Shown here piece by piece: positions 45,219-53,020 of a stretch of 64,000 nt of DNA. The translations under genes and the position numbers were made by a program. How positions within the stretch are numbered: the stretch's first letter is position 1; each line of letters begins with the position of its first letter. The stretch is from a virus (taxonomy: Duplodnaviria > Caudoviricetes), in IMG/VR virus record IMGVR_UViG_2802429321_000001, positions 1 through 64,000 of that record. One strand, given 5' to 3'. The notes beneath the pieces are model-generated. The model saw only the letters and a list, made by a program, of their open reading frames with translations. It was not told the DNA's origin and did not search any database.

Positions 45219-46007
45219 GTGAAGGACTTTCTGGGGCGTCTTCGTGGTGACGGCTGGGTCAGCGTCGCCAAGTTCGCGGGCACGGCCGTCGTCGCCGCGG
45301 TAGCGCTCGCAGTGTCTGCTGTGCAGTTGGTCAAGCTTGCTGGGCAGGTCCACATCGACGACGCCTTGCGATGGACCCTTCCGGTCACCCTGGACGTGGG
45401 TGGCGTGGTTGCCACCGTGGTGTGGGCTAAAGGGGGCGGGTCTGCCCAGAAGTGGGGCAAGGGCATCGCGATCATGCTGCTGCTGGAATCCGTGGTAGGC
45501 AACGTGATCTCACACCTGCTCGACGCGGGCATCATCCAGATGACAGGCAAGCGGGGCACGCTCCTGATCATTTGCGTGAGCGCGATCTACCCACTGAACC
45601 TGTCCGCGATGGTGCACCTGATCGTGTCGTCCTCGGACCGCGTGAAGAAGGCTGTCCCGAAGCACGCAAAGCAGCCGGAACCGCGCAGGACCGAGGCCAT
45701 CCGGGAGTCCGTCAAGCCCGCGGTGAAGCCGGAGCCCGCTCCCACGGCACTGGAGCGCAAGCCCATCGAGACCGCGAAGCCCAAGAACCTTGTCGAACTC
45801 ACCACCGCAGGCAGTAAGCGGGAACAAGGTCGGGCGTGGTTCATGGAGCAGGTCTTCGTCCACGACCGGAACCCGGACGAGATCACCGCCTCCGAGGTCG
45901 ACGCACAGATCGAGACCAACGCCTACGCCAAGAAGCACATCCAGGCGTGGCGGGCTGAAGCATTCGCCGCCATCAAGGCCACGCCCACCGCAGTGGCCGG
46001 GAACTGA
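45219..46007 (+). CDS. DUF2637/Spd-like four-TM membrane protein
   Basis: LPVTLDV, SVVGNVISH, P...MVHL, then a charged tail. Confidence 0.75.
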   Translation: MKDFLGRLRGDGWVSVAKFAGTAVVAAVALAVSAVQLVKLAGQVHIDDALRWTLPVTLDVGGVVATVVWAKGGGSAQKWGKGIAIMLLLESVVGNVISHLLDAGIIQMTGKRGTLLIICVSAIYPLNLSAMVHLIVSSSDRVKKAVPKHAKQPEPRRTEAIRESVKPAVKPEPAPTALERKPIETAKPKNLVELTTAGSKREQGRAWFMEQVFVHDRNPDEITASEVDAQIETNAYAKKHIQAWRAEAFAAIKATPTAVAGN

Positions 46008-46018
46008 GGGATACCGCC

Positions 46019-46156
46019 ATGAACCCGATGATCACCGTTGCCGCGCTGGTTGCCCTGGCCGTGATGGTGTTCACCAAGAAGACCTCCACCCCGCTCGTAC
46101 TGTGCTCGGCCGCGGTAGGCGCTGTCCTGGCTGTCGCCTGGGTCGGTGCGCGGTGA
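46019..46156 (+). CDS. 45-aa hydrophobic Spd-like peptide
   Basis: Two TM; GTGA overlap with the next gene. Confidence 0.6.
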   Translation: MNPMITVAALVALAVMVFTKKTSTPLVLCSAAVGAVLAVAWVGAR

Positions 46157-47385
46157 AACGAACCCGTGTCAAGCCGTCCCTGACGATCTGGGATGTCACG
46201 TGGATCGTGACGTACTGGTCGTTGAGGCAGTCCGGCAAAGCCATCGTGTGGACGGGAAAGAAAGCCGCGATCCACACTGGCCGGCTCGCGAAATCGACGG
46301 CGAAGCCTATCGGGGCGGGCTTGCAGAACCGGGTGGCGCTGGTGTCGTCACGGGCCAAGGAGCGGGCCGAGTTCGGGTTTTGGACTTCGATGGTCGAGAC
46401 CCTGGATGGTGTCCGGATCCCGGCGTGGAGCGTCGGGTCCTGGCTCGACCAGCACGATGGCCCCGCGGCGGACCCAACCACGTTCAGTGGCCAGGAACGG
46501 CGATCCCACGAACCAGTGCGTGCCACCGCGGAACGCCTGGACCGGCCCGCGGCGACACCACTTGCTGGGCGTCGCGGCAAGAAGCTGAAGCCGCCATCAC
46601 GGGATGCTGCTGTGAAGTGCCGGTGCGGGTGGACCGGGATCGAACGCGACTACGCCCGGCACGTTATCGCCTGTGCCCGCAAGGATCTGCACGCGACCCG
46701 CGCCGTACAGGTCGCGCTCGCCGAACACGCTGACCGTTTCATCAAGAAGCCAACCAACGCCCCCGGTGTTGGACAGAAGGGAACTGGCATGAACCTCCGC
46801 GACTGGACCAAGTCCGCGATCATTCTGACCCGCCCGAACATCCACCATCCCGCCGAGCTGGCGACCTGGCTGCAGCTCGCAGCCAAGGGCACGGACCCGT
46901 TGGCGACCGCGCTGCGGACGCTGGCGGACGGGTTCGTGCGCGCCCAGGTGGACGCGGAGATCGTGCAGCCAGTGGAGCGTGCCGCGGTCGCCGCCGGCCA
47001 CATCAAGGGCGCGTTCGTCACCGCCGCCAAGGTCTCGATCAACCTGTACGCGACGATCCCCGTGTTCGTGTCGAAGAACACCGGGACGATGAGCGACCCC
47101 AGCGCCTGGTCGAAGTCCGCGGAGATCCTGGCCGAGCCGTTCATCGACAGTCCGCGGCAGTTGGGGGCGTGGCTGCTGGAGGCCGCGGCCCCGAAGGAGT
47201 TGCCGCAGAACATCCTGATCCTGCTGCTGGACTACCTGAAGGACGCCAAGGTCCACGCGTCGATCATCACTGCGCTCGAGGGCGCGATCGCGGATGCCCG
47301 CATGATCTGCATGGCACTGAAGCAGGCTGGAGACGAGGCAACGTCCCTGTATGGCGCGGTGCCTGAGTTCAAGGCCGCGGGCTGA
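46153..47385 (+). CDS. Zinc-finger plus two TraA-like helical repeats (internal start 46789 possible)
   Basis: CRCGW...H..C; two ~100-aa repeats; AAGGGA RBS before 46789. Confidence 0.7.
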   Translation: MKRTRVKPSLTIWDVTWIVTYWSLRQSGKAIVWTGKKAAIHTGRLAKSTAKPIGAGLQNRVALVSSRAKERAEFGFWTSMVETLDGVRIPAWSVGSWLDQHDGPAADPTTFSGQERRSHEPVRATAERLDRPAATPLAGRRGKKLKPPSRDAAVKCRCGWTGIERDYARHVIACARKDLHATRAVQVALAEHADRFIKKPTNAPGVGQKGTGMNLRDWTKSAIILTRPNIHHPAELATWLQLAAKGTDPLATALRTLADGFVRAQVDAEIVQPVERAAVAAGHIKGAFVTAAKVSINLYATIPVFVSKNTGTMSDPSAWSKSAEILAEPFIDSPRQLGAWLLEAAAPKELPQNILILLLDYLKDAKVHASIITALEGAIADARMICMALKQAGDEATSLYGAVPEFKAAG

Positions 47386-47419
47386 CCTCACCTACCAACA
47401 ACACTTGGGGAGAAGACTG

Positions 47420-48022
47420 ATGTTTCTGCCGGATCAGTGGGCCAATGCCCGCAAGGTTGCTGCCCTGTGCGGCGAAACCCTCACCCACCCTGGCCAGTTG
47501 AAGGCGTTCTTTGCCTCCGCCGCGACGGGTGGTGGCGTGCTCGCAACCAGCTTGGCCACGCTCGCGAAGAAGCTGGAGGAGTGCGACGTCGACAAGAGCG
47601 TCCTGTCCCACGTGAACGCTGCACTCGGCGCAGCCTGGGCCTTCGAAAAGGACCTCATGGAGGCGGCGTCGCGATCGGGGACTCACTACCGGTCGATCCC
47701 GAAGTTCCGAGCGACTGCCGCCGCCATACCTGACCTGTCGGGGTGGGCTGATGGATCAGAGGTGCTGGCTGACCCGCAGATCGATCACCCCAGCGAGCTG
47801 GGGGTGTGGTTGACGACCGCGTCGGAGAAGGGATCACTCCTGGCTCACGCTCTGGGGCGGCTGGACTCACGCCTGACTAGCGCCGGCGTGGCCCCAGCGA
47901 TCGTGAACTGCGTGGGGCGTGCCCAGGATGATGCGGCGAACCTCGGTAACGCGCTGACGGAAGCTGGCAAGCAGGCAGACGCGCTGTACGGGCAGATCCC
48001 TGATTTCCGGAAGGTGTCCTGA
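47420..48022 (+). CDS. Protein with two TraA-like helical repeats
   Basis: Same ~100-aa repeat twice. Confidence 0.75.
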   Translation: MFLPDQWANARKVAALCGETLTHPGQLKAFFASAATGGGVLATSLATLAKKLEECDVDKSVLSHVNAALGAAWAFEKDLMEAASRSGTHYRSIPKFRATAAAIPDLSGWADGSEVLADPQIDHPSELGVWLTTASEKGSLLAHALGRLDSRLTSAGVAPAIVNCVGRAQDDAANLGNALTEAGKQADALYGQIPDFRKVS

Positions 48023-48023
48023 G

Positions 48024-49973
48024 ATGGCGATCGATCTGCAGGCACGCCGCCAATTGGAGGCCCGCCTGGACCAGGGTGGTGCGTGGGTATCGCGGCACCG
48101 GCACGCGGTGGGCCCGATGCTGGTCGCCCTGGGCGTGACTGGGATCGCTGCGGGCGCGTGGAGTTTGGCGGTGGGGCGCGGTTGGGGGTGGACGCAGTGG
48201 GCGGTGACCGCGGTCGCCGTGTTCGTGTGGATCCTGCACTTCTCGGCGGTCCATGAGCTGCCGAACCCGCGGGAGAAGCAGTACGCGCGGGCCGCGTTCA
48301 CCGCGGCCTGTGCGTACGCGGCAGCCGTGGTGTGGTGGGGCCCTGTCCTGTGGCTGCTGGTCGTGGGCGGCGTGGTCACCGTGTGCCTGGGCATCCCGTG
48401 GTACGTGCACCGGCGGGTCCGGATCTCGGTGAGCGTGGAGAAGGAGATCGCCGCCTGGGGCGACGGGTCCGCGGTCGGGTTGCCGGGCGTGGAGCTGGTG
48501 CAGGCCGCGGCGAAGGCGGGCGCGGACTGGTGGTCGGCGCCGATGCGGGCGCGGGAGCGCGGCCAGTGGACGCGGAGCCAGATGCGGCAGGCCAAGGAGC
48601 GGATCGCCGCCCGCTACGGGGTGTCCGCGGAGCAGGTGCACATCACCGACCGGGATTCTGAGGGTGAGGCCCTGTTGACGGTGCACACCAGCCGGGCGGT
48701 GAAGACGCTGGAGCCGCTGCCGCTGCCGACCGAGCGGCGCCCGATCGAGGGTCCGCACGAGGTGTGCCGGTACCTGTCCGACAACAGTCCGGGCCACATC
48801 ACCCTGTACGAGCCGGGCTATGGGGCTATCGATGGCGCCGGGATCGGGGTGAAGGGGTCCGGGAAGTCGTCGGAGGCGGAGCTGGTCGCTGAGATCGTGA
48901 TCTCCTCCACGAACGCCCTGTTGTTCGCTGTCGACTTGAAGCCGGGCGCCCAACATTGGAAGGGCTGGGAGAACGCAACCGACATGTTCGCCCGCACCCC
49001 TGCCGAGCTGGATGTGATGCTGCAGGTGTTCGAAGTGATCTGTGAATATCGTGGTGTGCGCACCGAGGGAACCATCCACGTCCCTACCCCGACCGCCCCG
49101 CAGATCGTGTTGCTGATCGATGAGGCCGCGCTGGCGTTCTCCGACAAGGATGCGTTGACTGATTTTGATGAAGCGATGGATCGCCGGCAGGTGATCGCTA
49201 ACCGGGTTGCGTTGATGGAGAAAAACACGCGCGTGTCTCGTTCATTCGGTGAATGCAAGTACATGTTCACCCAGGACGGCTACGTGGATTCGTTCGGCAA
49301 CGGGTTCATTTTCTCCGAGCTGAAGGCCGGGAACCTCGCGATCTTCCGGACCGCTGACCGGGGAGACACCGGTCAGATTCTCTCGGGAATCGACGTGGAC
49401 CCGTCCAGGTTCCCGAAGAACCAGCCTGGCACCGCGTACTGGAGTTCGTATTCCTCCGATCGTGACGAGGTGGTCCGGTTCCACAAGCGCACCGACAAGC
49501 AGATCGGGGAGTTGGTGTCCCGGTTCCCTGCGGGTGTCCCCGGGGCGCCGTCCCTGGAGCCGGGACTGCTGGACGCGATCCGGGCCCGGGTCGGGGACGC
49601 CTACGACCGTCGGTTCGAGGGACGGTCCCCTGTCCCCGGTCGTTCGGCTGTCCCCGCGTCCCCGACTGGTGTCCCCGCGGTTGTCCCCTCCGGTGTCCCC
49701 GCCGTGTCCCCAGAGGGGGGACTGCCGGACTTCGCCGCAGCGAATGCCGCGGCCGGTGTTCCCGAGGGGCCAGACCGGTTGTCCCCGGAGGAGTCCCGGG
49801 CCCGGGTCCTGGAGGCGCTGCGCGAGTTGGGGCCGGACGCGACGACGAAGGCGATCGCGGAGCGGGTTGGTCGGTCGGTGACGTTGACGCGGGCCCGGCT
49901 GAACGAGCTCGCAGCCGAGGGGTTGGCGACGTCGAAGGGCAAGCGTGAGCCGCGATGGACCGCGACGCAGTAA
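48024..49973 (+). CDS. traB: TraB-like FtsK/SpoIIIE DNA translocase
   Basis: N-terminal TMs, GVKGSGKS, VDLK, LLIDEA, TQ, Pro-rich linker, C-terminal winged helix. Confidence 0.88.
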   Translation: MAIDLQARRQLEARLDQGGAWVSRHRHAVGPMLVALGVTGIAAGAWSLAVGRGWGWTQWAVTAVAVFVWILHFSAVHELPNPREKQYARAAFTAACAYAAAVVWWGPVLWLLVVGGVVTVCLGIPWYVHRRVRISVSVEKEIAAWGDGSAVGLPGVELVQAAAKAGADWWSAPMRARERGQWTRSQMRQAKERIAARYGVSAEQVHITDRDSEGEALLTVHTSRAVKTLEPLPLPTERRPIEGPHEVCRYLSDNSPGHITLYEPGYGAIDGAGIGVKGSGKSSEAELVAEIVISSTNALLFAVDLKPGAQHWKGWENATDMFARTPAELDVMLQVFEVICEYRGVRTEGTIHVPTPTAPQIVLLIDEAALAFSDKDALTDFDEAMDRRQVIANRVALMEKNTRVSRSFGECKYMFTQDGYVDSFGNGFIFSELKAGNLAIFRTADRGDTGQILSGIDVDPSRFPKNQPGTAYWSSYSSDRDEVVRFHKRTDKQIGELVSRFPAGVPGAPSLEPGLLDAIRARVGDAYDRRFEGRSPVPGRSAVPASPTGVPAVVPSGVPAVSPEGGLPDFAAANAAAGVPEGPDRLSPEESRARVLEALRELGPDATTKAIAERVGRSVTLTRARLNELAAEGLATSKGKREPRWTATQ

Positions 49974-50731
49974 GCCCGCTGGCGGCTCCCAGTGATGCGC
50001 CAGCAGCCTGGGAGCCGTCGTGTTGTGAAGCGCTTATAGGCGTGTCGAGCCGCTGATAGCGCTGGTTGAGCCGCTTATACGCGCCTGTTGTTGTCGTCCA
50101 CGCGCGCACGCGCGCGCCTGCGCGTTGGGGGGCGTTTGGGCTTGAGTGCCGCTTATACGCGCCTGAGGCGCTGATAGCGGCTCGAACGTACCTGTCCGAG
50201 GGTGTGCACGCCCGTGGGGTGTGCGTGGAGCGTTGGAGGCGTGATGCTGGGTCGGACGCATGCAGTGTCCGGATGGTGCGCCGGGTTGGTGGTGGCGCCA
50301 GCGGTCGGTGTGCACGGGCTGGGGTCGGTGCTGCTGTTCGCCACAGTGACCGCCGGCTGGGCTCTAGCACCGGACCTGGACCACCCAGGCAGCGTGGCGA
50401 CCCGGTTCGCTGGCCCGGTCACCGGGATCCTGTCGCGGGGACTGCGGGGACTGTCCGCCCGCCTGTACGCGGGGACGAAGGGGCCGCGGGACGAGGACTG
50501 GGAGGGGACACACCGGCACCTGACCCACACCCTGCTGTTCGCGGTGCTCGTGGGGGCGGGGACAGCGGTGGGGACTGCGGTGTCCCCGTGGTGGGGAGTC
50601 CTTGTCCCCGTCGCGGTGGGGACACTGCTGGCCGCGCGGGCACTCGGGGACTGGGTGCTGGTGGCGGGGACTGTCCCCGTGGCGTGGGGACTGGTGGCGG
50701 GAGGGGACAGCGTCCTGGAGGTGTTGTCCCC
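49536..50731. repeat. Dense polarised GTCCCC/GGGGAC motif cluster
   Basis: 27 copies counted: 10 GTCCCC + 2 GGGGAC in traB 3' part; 11 GGGGAC + 4 GTCCCC in the next gene. Confidence 0.85.
50031..50176 (+). repeat. Five 8-mer direct repeats CGCT(T/G)ATA, candidate clt
   Basis: Copies at 50031, 50051, 50072, 50150, 50169 in the gap after traB. Confidence 0.8.
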
Positions 50732-51011
50732 GGTGCGTGGGTGGATTGGGATCGCGGTTGGCTTGGGTTGTCTGGCTCACTCTTGTGGCGATGCGCTCAC
50801 ATTGAGTGGCTGCCCGATCTTGTTTCCGATCCCGATTCGTGGTGAGACCTGGTTTGAGCTCGGGCCGCCGCGGGTGATGCGTTTCCGGACGGGCGGGACA
50901 CTGGAACAGTTGGTGGTGTTCCCGGCGTTCGCCGCCGCGGGAGTGATGCTGGTTCCGGGGGTGTGGCCACTGGTCGCGTCAACTATCGGTCATGTGCTGG
51001 GAGTGAGGTAG
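50244..51011 (+). CDS. YdjM-like membrane metal-dependent hydrolase
   Basis: GRTH, APDLDH, HRHLTH, AHSCGD. Confidence 0.88.
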   Translation: MLGRTHAVSGWCAGLVVAPAVGVHGLGSVLLFATVTAGWALAPDLDHPGSVATRFAGPVTGILSRGLRGLSARLYAGTKGPRDEDWEGTHRHLTHTLLFAVLVGAGTAVGTAVSPWWGVLVPVAVGTLLAARALGDWVLVAGTVPVAWGLVAGGDSVLEVLSPVRGWIGIAVGLGCLAHSCGDALTLSGCPILFPIPIRGETWFELGPPRVMRFRTGGTLEQLVVFPAFAAAGVMLVPGVWPLVASTIGHVLGVR

Positions 51012-51013
51012 TC

Positions 51014-51505
51014 GTGGCGGTTGCCGTGGATGCACTGTCGGACGCGGAGTGGTTCGTGTTGAATGCTGCGGTGCATGAGGCTGGTCACCTTGTGGCGTGT
51101 ATCGCCCAGGGGCTGCCTGTCGTGTTCGCGCGGGTGGAACGTTACGGGACGAGCGCGAATGCGGTGCGGGGTTTGGTCCGGGTGGATGACGCGTTTTTGG
51201 ATTCTGATCCGTTGGGGGCGGTAGTGGTTGGGGTTGCCGGGGTTGCTGCTGAGGTTGCGTGGTTGTGTCGAGAGAACTCGATGGGCCGGTCTGCTGCCCG
51301 TCGCTATGTGGGTGGTGCGGGGTGTGAGGCTGATTTGCGTCTGGTTCGAAAGTATTTGCCTCGCGCTGGTGTTGGTGAGTCGGTGGCGAGGGAGTTGGCT
51401 GAGCGGGTGGTGCGGGAGCGGTGGGGGGCGGTGCTGCGGTTGGGTGAGGCGCTGGCCGCTCGGGGGTGGCTGGATGGTGGACGGGTAGCCGCGTTGGTGC
51501 GGTGA
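51014..51505 (+). CDS. Stand-alone M41/FtsH-like zinc peptidase, copy 3
   Basis: AVHEAGH...VAGVAAE...ADL. Confidence 0.8.
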   Translation: MAVAVDALSDAEWFVLNAAVHEAGHLVACIAQGLPVVFARVERYGTSANAVRGLVRVDDAFLDSDPLGAVVVGVAGVAAEVAWLCRENSMGRSAARRYVGGAGCEADLRLVRKYLPRAGVGESVARELAERVVRERWGAVLRLGEALAARGWLDGGRVAALVR

Positions 51506-51513
51506 GGTGGCGG

Positions 51514-51537
51514 GCCCCCGTTTCGGCGGGGGCTTCG
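51514..51537 (+). terminator. Terminator of the transfer operon
   Basis: GCCCCCG-TTTCGG-CGGGGGC TTCG. Confidence 0.75.
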
Positions 51538-51570
51538 CTGTGTCTGGGTTGTGGTTCACCCAGTACTAGA

Positions 51571-51583
51571 CATGTTCAACATG
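51571..51583. promoter_or_regulatory. Candidate GntR operator
   Basis: CATGTT-C-AACATG, 19 bp before the GntR start. Confidence 0.6.
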
Positions 51584-51601
51584 CTCAGCTAATCTACTCA
51601 T

Positions 51602-51946
51602 GTGAAGACGTTGGATCCGAACAGCCCCAAGCCACCATCGCAGCAGATCGCCGACGCAATCCGCGAAGCCATCCGGGGTGGCGAACTCAAGCCCGGCGAC
51701 AGGCTTCCCGGACGCGCCGAACTCATGACCCACTTCGGTGTCGCCGCCGCGACCCTGAACTCCGCACTCGCCACGTTGAAGCAGGGCGGCATCCTGGTAT
51801 CCCGCCAGGGATCCGGTGTGTTCGTCCGCACCGACATCGACAACCAGCACGACACCGAACCGACTGTCGACCATCTGGCGTCGATCAACGCCCGCCTGGC
51901 CCGAATCGAACGCCACCTCGGCATCGACACCGCCGCGGAGCAGTGA
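51602..51946 (+). CDS. GntR-family repressor (KorSA/TraR-like)
   Basis: QQIADAIREAI..GELKPGDRLP...SRQGSGVFV. Confidence 0.93.
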   Translation: MKTLDPNSPKPPSQQIADAIREAIRGGELKPGDRLPGRAELMTHFGVAAATLNSALATLKQGGILVSRQGSGVFVRTDIDNQHDTEPTVDHLASINARLARIERHLGIDTAAEQ

Positions 51947-51993
51947 GCGGCACGACAGATCGATTGGCCATGAGCAGCAAGGAGGACAACGAC

Positions 51994-52179
51994 ATGAGTG
52001 ATTGGCACTGGCATGAGGCGTTACGAGGCTCTTTCGAGCAGTTTTTGGAGGCTGGGCATGACGAGGAGGAGGCGAAGCGACTGGCCCAGTGGGACACCCG
52101 CCACTGGTGGTCGGACTCGGACAGTCACGCGCTTGATCGCCTGCACCCCTGGTTGCCGCCGCATCTGCGGGACAAGTAG
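51994..52179 (+). CDS. Small hypothetical protein
   Basis: AAGGAGG RBS. Confidence 0.65.
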   Translation: MSDWHWHEALRGSFEQFLEAGHDEEEAKRLAQWDTRHWWSDSDSHALDRLHPWLPPHLRDK

Positions 52180-52219
52180 GGGCCCAACACCTCGGCATCG
52201 ACACCACCAAGGAGGAGCA

Positions 52220-52459
52220 GTGAGCATGTTGCGCATCCCACCGAAGGCCCTGGGGGCAGGCTGGCACGAGTTCAGGTATCCGCGTCCTGCCGTGGACGAG
52301 CCGACTGATGCGTTCAAGCGAGGCGTGGAGGCTGCGGGCGCTGTCCTGCTGGCCGAGCGCATGGACCTGGTGGAGCGGGTCCTGGTGGAGCGGCTGGGCC
52401 GTTCCACAGCGGACGAGTTGATGGGCGCGATCGACATCGCACTGGAGGAGGAGCAGTGA
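52220..52459 (+). CDS. Small hypothetical protein
   Basis: GGAGGAG RBS; ends EEEQ. Confidence 0.65.
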   Translation: MSMLRIPPKALGAGWHEFRYPRPAVDEPTDAFKRGVEAAGAVLLAERMDLVERVLVERLGRSTADELMGAIDIALEEEQ

Positions 52460-52584
52460 GCACGAGCGAGTGCATGAGCAGGGGTAGTCGGTGTTGGGAT
52501 CTCGCCGACCACCTGTGTGACGACGGGCAGTACCGGTGCGGTGAGCACTGCATGTGCGGCGAGACTGAGGAGGTGACAGGGTGA
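52456..52584 (+). CDS. 42-aa Cys-rich protein
   Basis: GTGA-coupled on both sides. Confidence 0.5.
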   Translation: MSTSECMSRGSRCWDLADHLCDDGQYRCGEHCMCGETEEVTG

Positions 52585-52916
52585 CCGACGATGACCTCGT
52601 GTTCGTGATCGGCTTGCTGCGGGGCGCGGTCGAGGGTGATCCGCGACAGTACTTCGGGTCCATCCGGTCCTGGGACCGGCATCAAGCGAACGCGATCCAG
52701 TGTGGGGTGGTGGAGGTCGCCGAGGCCGTAGAGGAGGTGGATGGTCGGCCGATGGTGGTGCTGTCAGAGGTGCCGACCGAGTACGGCAAGGAGTTTTACG
52801 TCCGCCACGATCTGGGTGGTCTGCCACCGGGTCGGGCGTACATGTGGCCGCCGGAGAGGTTGTCTACCGCGATCGCGGAACTGGCCGCCACCGAGGGGTG
52901 CGGGAAGGTGATGTGA
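52581..52916 (+). CDS. Hypothetical protein
   Basis: Coupled ORF. Confidence 0.6.
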   Translation: MTDDDLVFVIGLLRGAVEGDPRQYFGSIRSWDRHQANAIQCGVVEVAEAVEEVDGRPMVVLSEVPTEYGKEFYVRHDLGGLPPGRAYMWPPERLSTAIAELAATEGCGKVM

Positions 52917-53020
52917 TGGCAGGACGTGCGGATCGAGACCGGATTGACCGGGGTATCCGGAATGCGATCCTCGCCGCAGACTGGGACAAGGTGATCAGTC
53001 TGGCTGAGGAGGAGCAGTGA
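52916..53020 (+). CDS. 34-aa hypothetical protein
   Basis: TGATG coupling; ends EEEQ. Confidence 0.45.
   Translation: MAGRADRDRIDRGIRNAILAADWDKVISLAEEEQ

Larger units (their letters stand above)
43982..51946 (+). mobile_element. TraB-type (actinomycete plasmid/AICE-like) dsDNA transfer module within the prophage
   Basis: Spd-like, TraA-like, TraB, clt-like repeats and GntR in one co-directional block. Confidence 0.8.

Noticed and set aside
46153-49973. Type VII secretion system
   Set aside because: Single ATPase domain with a C-terminal winged helix, no WxG motif, and no EccB/D or mycosin; TraB fits better.
50099-50124. Alternating CG run as a Z-DNA signal
   Set aside because: Short, interrupted and plausible by chance at this GC content; noted only as part of the clt-like gap.
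49536-50731. CRISPR array
   Set aside because: Repeats are 6-8 bp with irregular spacing, mostly within genes; no cas genes.
43982-51946. Autonomous AICE inserted in the phage
   Set aside because: No own integrase, excisionase or Rep, and no flanking att repeats noticed; a remnant cannot be fully excluded.
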